64,000 nucleotides of DNA from NCBI GenBank assembly GCA_048772705.1, contig JBLWGC010000104.1:806001-870000 (forward strand). The letters run 5' to 3'. Made by a program: the position numbers and the translations under genes. The notes below the pieces were generated by a model that worked only from the letters and a program-made list of their open reading frames with translations, searched no databases and was not told the DNA's origin. The DNA is from Leidyana gryllorum EB-2025a (taxonomy: Eukaryota; Protista; Apicomplexa). Positions 23,909 to 33,620 of this stretch are shown piece by piece; positions within the stretch are counted from its first letter, which is position 1; every line of letters begins with the position of its first letter.

Positions 23909-26900
23909 CTAATGACGGCTCCTTCGACTCATCTCGGTGGAGACTTGAGATCTTCTTGAGCCGCCAACGGATGAGGAAATCGATTTGGTGGCCACAGTGG
24001 CAAAGTCCATTCCCTGTAGACATGAATGGGGGAGTAGGAACAACAGTAGTTTCGGATAATTACCTTGGGAGGGATGATGGTAACCGACAGAATAGTCTTT
24101 CCACGACCTTTGACCTCCACTTGGTGCGAGACATGGCGAGCAACTTCTTCAGCTAGATGACGGGTCTCATGGTCTGAGCCCAAGAAATCGGACACCTGCT
24201 TCTGGACTTGATCCTTGCTCGCGATGGAGAAGTGCTTGTAACCCAGTTGCGTTTCGGCGGCAGGTACGAACAAAGTGACGACCGGAGGTACCAGATAACC
24301 ACTCTTGCACGCTCCCTTGAGTTCCGAACTGGAGAACTCCAATGTCGGTTCCTCGCCACTGGGGTATACGGTGACGTGGACACGCTTGGGACCAGTTTGG
24401 GTGCAGTGAGCCTTGAGGTCACGGACAGCAAACTTGCTGAAAGCGGGGACGTCGAAACTCCATCCGCCTTGCTCATCAGAGACAGTGACATTGCAGTTAG
24501 CCAACTTCTCCAGGAACCTAGGGACAATGAGATGAGAGACGTGTCATCCAATCAATGCCATCAATTTAGTTGTGTACGGAGGGGTTAGTGGAGTGCCGAG
24601 GGGGAGGATGAGACTCACCGAGATTCCTCGAGGGGCGGGCAGAACAATGCCGAGAAGACCGAGAAGGTGACAACGCAAGAGTATGCGGCAAGCAGAGAGC
24701 AGCATGCGGCAACGAGCCAGAGGAAGATATCAGCAATCCACGATGGGTCTTTCTTGTTGACGGCGTAGAACACGAAGGAGCTGGCGGAGAAGGCGATAGT
24801 CGCGAGCATTATGACGACAAGCCAGTTCTCGACGCCGCGCGAGTAGGGACGAGTAGCTATGGGACAAATGATGTCGGAGAAGTGGTCCTGTTCGCTTTAC
24901 TTACTGGCAACGTAGCTAAGGAAGGCGCCTGAGAGAAGGGCAATGAATGAGAACATGGCGGCGTCAACTTTATATCCTTCAGACGCGAGCGCCACTCCAA
25001 CGAAAATGCCAATGAGAATCCGGTAGAGGAAATCGCCGATGCGGATGAAGGGGATGCGAGCACCATCGTAGAAGAAGGCATTCTTTCCGGACGCGATGGG
25101 ACCGGACAATTGAGATGTTTTCACAATGAGAGGGATCGAGAAGCTGCCCGTGTCGTGGTTGACTTGGGCGTGGAAGCGGTTGAGACCCTGATACGTGAAG
25201 AGGATGTCGAGCCACTGTGTTCGCAGCAAACCAGCAACCAATCTCTGGCCCTTGCAGGGTCCGCCGGGGGCCCGTGTGCGAGTGACCTCTACGATCTGGG
25301 GGTTCTTAGCCAACGGATAAGCGGCTTCCTTGTGACCACGAGCCAACTTGGCGGGAGGGAAGATCTCGTCGGAGCCACCATTGTTGAACAGCGCTTGGCT
25401 AAGGCTGACCGGGATGATATCCGCAACAGTGCTGATCCATCTGTATGGGAAGAACCCTTTGCACAGACTGCGGTTGACTGGCTGAGTGAGAAGTTGATCG
25501 GCTTGAACATCCATCCAGTAGCCAGACTCATCCTCCAAAGAACCATCTTCACGGACTGAGCTGTTCCAGATCCAGCAGACTTTGCGGTCATTGACAGCTG
25601 ATTGCACCTCAAAGTAGGCCATCGCAATCCAGGCACAGTAAAAGGCTAAGACCACACCAGCAATAGCTTTCCAAGCTTGAGTGGTAATGTCGCTGGTCAG
25701 GATCATGGAGGCACCCGCGCATGTGGGGAAGGACAGCCAGTGAAGGACCCGACTTTCCCAGTTACCAAAGTTGATGCGGTGTGGCTTGGTGTACTCCGAC
25801 TCGAACATATGGAATTTCATATAGACAAAAGCATGAACTATGAGGAAAATGCCGATAGCCGTGGCGGACCAGAAGAGACAACCACAGGCGTTGCGGATAT
25901 CAGTCACGTCACCCAAACTGCTCTCGCCCCAGAGCTCAAGACCATAAGCAGAGGAGAACGAAGTGATTTCAAGAAGCTGTCGGCGCTTCAAGCTATCACC
26001 CACGGTCCAGGGCAGAGGCCAGAAGAGGGTGACCCACTTGAGAGGTGCAACCATCTCATTGAGTACAGTAGAGCCACGCATGAAGTTCGCGAAGCACAAG
26101 TACTGAATGATGAGAGTAAGAGTGGCGGCAATCTCAGTGGCACCAAGAGGCACACCCAGACCGAATACATTAGCCGCGCCAATAACTCCAACAAGAGCCA
26201 ACAAGAGAATTGCAAGCAACAGGGCGAGGATCCAACCGAAGACCGCCAATAAGGATGGGAGAGCAGTGCCACTGAAGTAGACGGGCCACGACTTCTGGTA
26301 TTGGCCAGCGTATGCTGTGAGGGTGAGAGCGTTGGAGTAGGTGAAGGGAATGGTGGGCTGACGGTCGAGGAGACGAACCTCAACACGACCATTCGCCGAA
26401 GTCAAAACGTATTTGATGCTCGGTTCGTTGTTGCTCACAAGGCGAGTTTTATGAGAGTCAGTTTTGGGGTCGGGACATTTATATGCTTCCTTCTCTTCAT
26501 CGAACAAACACTCATGTCCAACATCATCGACAACAAGACGTGGCGGCAGGATTTCTTCTTCTGGCCAATCAGAGTTGATCAAAAGAGCGTATTTCCGCTC
26601 AGCCGGAACATTGGGGTAGGAATGTGCTCGCGAACAGGTGACTTCAACTAACTGAGTATGTCGGTCTTTCTCACGCTTGACTGTGAGTTCTGCGCCATTC
26701 GTAGCCGAACGTCCATTCACCTTCAATGCTGACTTTGTATTGCAGCCAATCTTCAAGGTCACTTTGTTCGCAGCAGGAGCCGCATAGATGTGGTACACAG
26801 AGTCATCTTGATTAGCGACTGGCTGAACCAATACCGCATGACCAGTGTCGTCGTACCCCTCGACCACCTTAAGCATCGCAGGTGGTGGATACTTTTGCTT

Positions 26901-27479
26901 GAATTGAACACGGTACGAAGCCGTGGTCCCGTCCACAGGGCTGACAACTTTAATTGACACTGGCAGGTCACTTCCGTCATCCGGAAGATCAATTTGCTTC
27001 TTCAGGGCCAGTGCGCTAGCTTCAGGGTCGGATTCCTTGTTCCCTTTCCAATTGAGAGTCACCAATGGCATGCCATCCGATTGGTATTGCGGTAGAGAAC
27101 GATCTACTTCGGGCACCACGGCGACTTGGTCAACTGGTTGGTCAATATTCACGGTGTATTTGAACACGGTCGGGTCAAACGCTGGGTCGAGCGCACCATG
27201 AGAAAGTAGAATATTCCTCAGAAGTACTGAATAACTGTCGTCGTGGAGAGGCCCTGGAGGGGGAGGGGGTGGAGGAGGTGGACCGGGAGGTCCACGAACA
27301 GGTGTAGGCGCGTCGGACACTTGCTTAATGTCCTCATCCATCGCTCCGGCCGCGAAAAAGTCGCCGATGCCAGCCCCGACTTGTCGGGGAGGCACGACCG
27401 CGGCAAAGTCCACGCCAGCAGACACGCCTATCGCCGATAGTGCCCCAACCAGGAGACACCGAGTCATTGGAGCCTTCAT
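23909..27479 (-). CDS. Signal-peptide multi-pass membrane protein: poly-Pro, cadherin-like beta-sandwich ectodomain, TRP/FLC-like TM region, cytoplasmic tail
   Basis: Signal peptide MKAPMTRCLLVGALSAIGVSAG; LDPAFDPTVFKYTVNI; many TM helices; RPYSRGVENWL. Introns join the 863-aa, 64-aa and 191-aa ORFs (ESR|FLEKLANCNV) and a last exon ending at TAG 23909. Confidence 0.75.
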
Positions 27480-27776
27480 CAGGACCAAAATCTGCTACCA
27501 GATCGGTCGTCAGCCGCCGGGGGTGTTATGAATTGATACAGCAGGCCACGCAACGAGAAGCGGAAATTTCAAAAACCCCCTCGCTTTCAGATCCCAAGCC
27601 CCCTTTTTTTGCTCAAAATACGCTAATGCACAGGACTGGCCACACACAGACCACCGGAGTCTCTCTCAATCTTCCACCTTACACACACTTTTCCCCCACA
27701 GCTTCTCAATATTTCACACATTCTCATCATTGGGAACCCTTGCTTTCTAAAACTTCAAAATGTCGCACTTGTTCTA

Positions 27777-29030
27777 CTAATCCTGAGCATTGATAACCTC
27801 CAGATGCAACTCTTTGGGCTTGTGACGCAACTTGATCTCTACCTCATCGCAGCAGTCGCCGTCGCAGGGAGGACAGGGATCCACTTCACAGGGAGGACAC
27901 TCCGGTACAGTAGTGGGACGCAGGTTGGTCTTTGTGGTCGGCGGTTGGGTCGATCCGACAGGGGTCACCGTCGCTTCCGGGGTAGTGGTCTCGACCGTGG
28001 TGGTGGGTCTGTCCGTCACTGAGGTAGAGGCCTCTGCTGTCGTAGTGGGGGTTGTGGCCTCGGTAGTGGTTGTGGTAGTGGCCTCGGTAGTGGTGGTCGT
28101 CGTCGGAGCGGCGGTTGTTGCCGGCCCACATTCAATTTCCTCGATGTGAGTGATAGTTTCGCTGAGTACAGTCCAGAAATTGCTGGAGTCCTCAGCCAAA
28201 CCGTTCACGAAGGCACTGTCTTGGCCGATGAAGCTGTTGAACCAGGTCCAACTGTCAACTGGAAGCTCATTCCAGTAGTCGCCATCGTAGATCAAGAAGG
28301 CCGCGTATGCTTGACGGGCCACAATCGCTTGCTTGACTTGCTCAGGCGTGGGATAGTACTCAGCCAGACATTGATCGGCTGCATGGTCCTCATCGAATGT
28401 ACCCGAGAACTTCGTCATGCCATAGACGTTCAAATCATCTCCTTCAAAATGGGGAGGAGCATCCGTGGCAACAACGAGTAGTCGGGCGGCTTCGGGATTG
28501 GACCAACCCGGGGTCGCCGACTGAGAGGCGGCGACCAGGGTGCCGAATTGGTTCTCGCTGGGGTCTCCACCTCCAACCGAGAGCAGTTGGCCGTAAATTC
28601 CCTCTATCACAGAGGTGTCGGCCGTCAGAGGTGCTTCGAACTTGACACAGTAGTCAGTCTTGGGCTCTCCGAGTGACCAAATGGGTTTGTCGCGAAAGGA
28701 AACCACACTGAAGGTGGAACCTGGATGGGATGCGGTCAGTGTAGAAATCATCGTGGGCACCTGGGAATCCTTCATCATCGCAAAGTCATCTTGAAATGAG
28801 GCTGTCGCATCCTGGAGTATCACGACTTCGAGCGGGAAGTCACATTCTTCTGGAGAACGGCGTTTGAAATAGCTCTCTGGCAGAGCCGCTCTCCTCGAAG
28901 TCTCTCTCTCGTGCCAAGCTGGGGTCCGTTCGACTGGGCTGACAGCACCGTAGACCATCTCGAGGGTTTTGTTCTGGCCGGTTGCCGTCGCCAGAGCGAC
29001 TAACGACCCAACACTGATGAGAGAACGCAT
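27777..29030 (-). CDS. Secreted integrin-beta-like vWA protein with Thr-rich stalk, copy 1 (variant C-terminus EVINAQD)
   Basis: Signal peptide MRSLISVGSLVALATA; CDFPLEVVILQDATASFQDD, SFRDKP, GGGDPSEN, RLLVVATDAPPHFEGD, YPT, LAEDSSN; intronless CDS. Confidence 0.88.
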   Translation of the reverse strand: MRSLISVGSLVALATATGQNKTLEMVYGAVSPVERTPAWHERETSRRAALPESYFKRRSPEECDFPLEVVILQDATASFQDDFAMMKDSQVPTMISTLTASHPGSTFSVVSFRDKPIWSLGEPKTDYCVKFEAPLTADTSVIEGIYGQLLSVGGGDPSENQFGTLVAASQSATPGWSNPEAARLLVVATDAPPHFEGDDLNVYGMTKFSGTFDEDHAADQCLAEYYPTPEQVKQAIVARQAYAAFLIYDGDYWNELPVDSWTWFNSFIGQDSAFVNGLAEDSSNFWTVLSETITHIEEIECGPATTAAPTTTTTTEATTTTTTEATTPTTTAEASTSVTDRPTTTVETTTPEATVTPVGSTQPPTTKTNLRPTTVPECPPCEVDPCPPCDGDCCDEVEIKLRHKPKELHLEVINAQD

Positions 29031-29219
29031 CTTGATGGTGAATTGAAGCACTAAGTTCAATTATTTGAAACCTACGAGTCAGTCAAGGGTATGTCGCACA
29101 CAACGCAATCTCTCTATGGTGTCCGCACAGCATTCCTCGTTCAAGTGGGCTGTCTCATCAATCTCTTCGATCTATTTCTGATCTAAAAACTTCCTTTCAT
29201 TGCATTTCAATTCAAATGT

Positions 29220-30467
29220 TTAGGCATTCAGGATATCGAGATGGAGTTCCTTGGGCTTGTGACGCAACTTGATCTCTACCTCATCGCAGCAGTCGCCGTC
29301 GCAGGGAGGACAGGGATCCACTTCACAGGGAGGACACTCCGGTACAGTAGTGGGACGCAGATTGGTCTTTGTGGTCGGCGGTTGGGTCGATCCGACAGGG
29401 GTCACCGTCGCTTCCGGGGTAGTGGTCTCGACCGTGGTGGTCGGTCTGTCCGTCACTGAGGTAGAGGCCTCTGCTGTGGTAGTGGGGGTTGTGGCCTCGG
29501 TAGTGGTTGTGGTAGTGGCCTCGGTAGTGGTGGTCGTCGTCGGAGCGGCGGTTGTTGCCGGCCCACATTCAATTTCCTCGATGTGAGTGATAGTTTCGCT
29601 GAGTACAGTCCAGAAATTGCTGGAGTCCTCAGCCAAACCGTTCACGAAGGCACTGTCTTGGCCGATGAAGCTGTTGAACCAGGTCCAGCTGTCAACTGGA
29701 AGCTCATTCCAGTAGTCGCCATCGTAGATCAAGAAGGCCGCGTATGCTTGACGGGCCACAATCGCTTGCTTGACTTGCTCAGGCGTGGGATAGTACTCAG
29801 CCAGACATTGATCGGCTGCATGGGCCTCATCGAATGTACCCGAGAACTTCGTCATGCCATAGACGTTCAAATCATCTCCTTCAAAATGGGGAGGAGCATC
29901 CGTGGCAACAACGAGTAGTCGGGCGGCTTCGGGATTGGACCAACCCGGGGTCGCCGACTGAGAGGCGGCGACCAGGGTGCCGAATTGGTTCTCGCTGGGG
30001 TCTCCACCTCCAACCGAGAGCAGTTGGCCGTAAATTCCCTCTATCACAGAGGTGTCGGCCGTCAGAGGTGCTTCGAACTTGACACAGTAGTCAGTCTTGG
30101 GCTCTCCGAGTGACCAAATGGGTTTGTCGCGAAAGGAAACCACACTGAAGGTGGAACCTGGATGGGATGCGGTCAGTGTAGAAATCATCGTGGGCACCTG
30201 GGAATCCTTCATCATCGCAAAGTCATCTTGAAATGAGGCTGTCGCATCCTGGAGTATCACGACTTCGAGCGGGAAGTCACATTCTTCTGGAGAACGGCGT
30301 TTGAAATAGCTCTCTGGCAGAGCCGCTCTCCTCGAAGTCTCTCTCTCGTGCCAAGCTGGGGTCCGTTCGACTGGGCTGACAGCACCGTAGACCATCTCGA
30401 GGGTTTTGTTCTGGCCGGTTGCCGTCGCCAGAGCGACTAACGACCCAACACTGATGAGAGAACGCAT
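29220..30467 (-). CDS. Secreted integrin-beta-like vWA protein, copy 2
   Basis: Near-identical to copy 1; ends DILNA. Confidence 0.88.
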   Translation of the reverse strand: MRSLISVGSLVALATATGQNKTLEMVYGAVSPVERTPAWHERETSRRAALPESYFKRRSPEECDFPLEVVILQDATASFQDDFAMMKDSQVPTMISTLTASHPGSTFSVVSFRDKPIWSLGEPKTDYCVKFEAPLTADTSVIEGIYGQLLSVGGGDPSENQFGTLVAASQSATPGWSNPEAARLLVVATDAPPHFEGDDLNVYGMTKFSGTFDEAHAADQCLAEYYPTPEQVKQAIVARQAYAAFLIYDGDYWNELPVDSWTWFNSFIGQDSAFVNGLAEDSSNFWTVLSETITHIEEIECGPATTAAPTTTTTTEATTTTTTEATTPTTTAEASTSVTDRPTTTVETTTPEATVTPVGSTQPPTTKTNLRPTTVPECPPCEVDPCPPCDGDCCDEVEIKLRHKPKELHLDILNA

Positions 30468-30656
30468 CTTGATGGTGAATTGAAGCACTAAGTTCAATTA
30501 TTTGAAACCTACGAGTCAGTCAAGGGTATGTCGCACACAACGCAATCTCTCTATGGTGTCCGCACAGCATTCCTCGTTCAAGTGGGCTGTCTCATCAATC
30601 TCTTCGATCTATTTCTGATCTAAAAACTTCCTTTCATTGCATTTCAATTCAAATGT

Positions 30657-31904
30657 TTAGGCATTCAGGATATCGAGATGGAGTTCCTTGGGCTTGTGAC
30701 GCAACTTGATCTCTACCTCATCGCAGCAGTCGCCGTCGCAGGGAGGACAGGGATCCACTTCACAGGGAGGACACTCCGGTACAGTAGTGGGACGCAGATT
30801 GGTCTTTGTGGTCGGCGGTTGGGTCGATCCGACAGGGGTCACCGTCGCTCCCGGGGTAGTGGTCTCGACCGTGGTGGTCGGTCTGTCCGTCACTGAGGTA
30901 GAGGCCTCTGCTGTGGTAGTGGGGGTTGTGGCCTCGGTAGTGGTTGTGGTAGTGGCCTCGGTAGTGGTGGTCGTCGTCGGAGCGGCGGTTGTTGCCGGCC
31001 CACATTCAATTTCCTCGATGTGAGTGATAGTTTCGCTGAGTACAGTCCAGAAATTGCTGGAGTCCTCAGCCAAACCGTTCACGAAGGCACTGTCTTGGCC
31101 GATGAAGCTGTTGAACCAGGTCCAGCTGTCAACTGGAAGCTCATTCCAGTAGTCGCCATCGTAGATCAAGAAGGCCGCGTATGCTTGACGGGCCACAATC
31201 GCTTGCTTGACTTGCTCAGGCGTGGGATAGTACTCAGCCAGACATTGATCGGCTGCATGGGCCTCATCGAATGTACCCGAGAACTTCGTCATGCCATAGA
31301 CGTTCAAATCATCTCCTTCAAAATGGGGAGGAGCATCCGTGGCAACAACGAGTAGTCGGGCGGCTTCGGGATTGGACCAACCCGGGGTCGCCGACTGAGA
31401 GGCGGCGACCAGGGTGCCGAATTGGTTCTCGCTGGGGTCTCCACCTCCAACCGAGAGCAGTTGGCCGTAAATTCCCTCTATCACAGAGGTGTCGGCCGTC
31501 AGAGGTGCTTCGAACTTGACACAGTAGTCAGTTTTGGGCTCTCCGAGTGACCAAATGGGTTTGTCGCGAAAGGAAACCACACTGAAGGTGGAACCTGGAT
31601 GGGATGCGGTCAGTGTAGAAATCATCGTGGGCACCTGGGAATCCTTCATCATCGCAAAGTCATCTTGAAATGAGGCTGTCGCATCCTGGAGTATCACGAC
31701 TTCGAGCGGGAAGTCACATTCTTCTGGAGAACGGCGTTTGAAATAGCTCTCTGGCAGAGCCGCTCTCCTCGAAGTCTCTCTCTCGTGCCAAGCTGGGGTC
31801 CGTTCGACTGGGCTGACAGCACCGTAGACCATCTCGAGGGTTTTGTTCTGGCCGGTTGCCGTCGCCAGAGCGACTAACGACCCAACACTGATGAGAGAAC
31901 GCAT
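30657..31904 (-). CDS. Secreted integrin-beta-like vWA protein, copy 3
   Basis: Near-identical; E->G in TTPGAT. Confidence 0.88.
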   Translation of the reverse strand: MRSLISVGSLVALATATGQNKTLEMVYGAVSPVERTPAWHERETSRRAALPESYFKRRSPEECDFPLEVVILQDATASFQDDFAMMKDSQVPTMISTLTASHPGSTFSVVSFRDKPIWSLGEPKTDYCVKFEAPLTADTSVIEGIYGQLLSVGGGDPSENQFGTLVAASQSATPGWSNPEAARLLVVATDAPPHFEGDDLNVYGMTKFSGTFDEAHAADQCLAEYYPTPEQVKQAIVARQAYAAFLIYDGDYWNELPVDSWTWFNSFIGQDSAFVNGLAEDSSNFWTVLSETITHIEEIECGPATTAAPTTTTTTEATTTTTTEATTPTTTAEASTSVTDRPTTTVETTTPGATVTPVGSTQPPTTKTNLRPTTVPECPPCEVDPCPPCDGDCCDEVEIKLRHKPKELHLDILNA

Positions 31905-32093
31905 CTTGATGGTGAATTGAAGCACTAAGTTCAATTATTTGAAACCTACGAGTCAGTCAAGGGTATGTCGCACACAACGCAATCTCTCTATGGTGTCCGC
32001 ACAGCATTCCTCGTTCAAGTGGGCTGTCTCATCAATCTCTTCGATCTATTTCTGATCTAAAAACTTCCTTTCATTGCATTTCAATTCAAATGT

Positions 32094-33341
32094 TTAGGCA
32101 TTCAGGATATCGAGATGGAGTTCCTTGGGCTTGTGACGCAACTTGATCTCTACCTCATCGCAGCAGTCGCCGTCGCAGGGAGGACAGGGATCCACTTCAC
32201 AGGGAGGACACTCCGGTACAGTAGTGGGACGCAGATTGGTCTTTGTGGTCGGCGGTTGGGTCGATCCGACAGGGGTCACCGTCGCTTCCGGGGTAGTGGT
32301 CTCGACCGTGGTGGTCGGTCTGTCCGTCACTGAGGTAGAGGCCTCTGCTGTGGTAGTGGGGGTTGTGGCCTCGGTAGTGGTTGTGGTAGTGGCCTCGGTA
32401 GTGGTGGTCGTCGTCGGAGCGGCGGTTGTTGCCGGCCCACATTCAATTTCCTCGATGTGAGTGATAGTTTCGCTGAGTACAGTCCAGAAATTGCTGGAGT
32501 CCTCAGCCAAACCGTTCACGAAGGCACTGTCTTGGCCGATGAAGCTGTTGAACCAGGTCCAGCTGTCAACTGGAAGCTCATTCCAGTAGTCGCCATCGTA
32601 GATCAAGAAGGCCGCGTATGCTTGACGGGCCACAATCGCTTGCTTGACTTGCTCAGGCGTGGGATAGTACTCAGCCAGACATTGATCGGCTGCATGGGCC
32701 TCATCGAATGTACCCGAGAACTTCGTCATGCCATAGACGTTCAAATCATCTCCTTCAAAATGGGGAGGAGCATCCGTGGCAACAACGAGTAGTCGGGCGG
32801 CTTCGGGATTGGACCAACCCGGGGTCGCCGACTGAGAGGCGGCGACCAGGGTGCCGAATTGGTTCTCGCTGGGGTCTCCACCTCCAACCGAGAGCAGTTG
32901 GCCGTAAATTCCCTCTATCACAGAGGTGTCGGCCGTCAGAGGTGCTTCGAACTTGACACAGTAGTCAGTCTTGGGCTCTCCGAGTGACCAAATGGGTTTG
33001 TCGCGAAAGGAAACCACACTGAAGGTGGAACCTGGATGGGATGCGGTCAGTGTAGAAATCATCGTGGGCACCTGGGAATCCTTCATCATCGCAAAGTCAT
33101 CTTGAAATGAGGCTGTCGCATCCTGGAGTATCACGACTTCGAGCGGGAAGTCACATTCTTCTGGAGAACGGCGTTTGAAATAGCTCTCTGGCAGAGCCGC
33201 TCTCCTCGAAGTCTCTCTCTCGTGCCAAGCTGGGGTCCGTTCGACTGGGCTGACAGCACCGTAGACCATCTCGAGGGTTTTGTTCTGGCCGGTTGCCGTC
33301 GCCAGAGCGACTAACGACCCAACACTGATGAGAGAACGCAT
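32094..33341 (-). CDS. Secreted integrin-beta-like vWA protein, copy 4
   Basis: Same protein as copy 2. Confidence 0.88.
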   Translation of the reverse strand: MRSLISVGSLVALATATGQNKTLEMVYGAVSPVERTPAWHERETSRRAALPESYFKRRSPEECDFPLEVVILQDATASFQDDFAMMKDSQVPTMISTLTASHPGSTFSVVSFRDKPIWSLGEPKTDYCVKFEAPLTADTSVIEGIYGQLLSVGGGDPSENQFGTLVAASQSATPGWSNPEAARLLVVATDAPPHFEGDDLNVYGMTKFSGTFDEAHAADQCLAEYYPTPEQVKQAIVARQAYAAFLIYDGDYWNELPVDSWTWFNSFIGQDSAFVNGLAEDSSNFWTVLSETITHIEEIECGPATTAAPTTTTTTEATTTTTTEATTPTTTAEASTSVTDRPTTTVETTTPEATVTPVGSTQPPTTKTNLRPTTVPECPPCEVDPCPPCDGDCCDEVEIKLRHKPKELHLDILNA

Positions 33342-33620
33342 CTTGATGGTGAATTGAAGCACTAAGTTCAATTATTTGAAACCCTGAGACAGTGTATTCG
33401 AGGGTTTCACTTCGCTGTGTCACCTAGCTGGTCGAGTCTCTCTCAAGTTTTCTGTCCTGAACGAAGCTATGTCTCTCTCATTCCTGACAATTGGGTAGAT
33501 CGATGTCACACATTGAGAAATCGATGGTGAGGTCTAAGGTGAGCTGTCTCTACCTGATGCACTTAATGAATATACGGTGTTTGGGTGATTGGACTAATTA
33601 TCCACAAAATCTTGATCGCA

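Larger units (their letters stand above)
27800..33383. repeat. Head-to-tail tandem gene array, 1437-bp period, about 3.9 units
   Basis: ATGs at 29030, 30467, 31904 and 33341 are exactly 1437 bp apart, and the spacers look identical. Confidence 0.97.

Noticed and set aside
23929-24504. 191-aa ORF as an independent gene
   Set aside because: It begins at a non-ATG codon just after an acceptor AG and splices in frame to the upstream membrane protein.
29031-29060. ORF-track N-terminal extension MNLVLQFTIK on the vWA genes, and similar extensions elsewhere
   Set aside because: These come from TTG/GTG starts not expected in a eukaryote; the first ATG gives a proper signal peptide.
27777-33383. 1437-bp repeat as a transposon or LTR element
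   Set aside because: No transposase or RT, terminal inverted repeats or target-site duplications; each unit is one secreted-protein gene.
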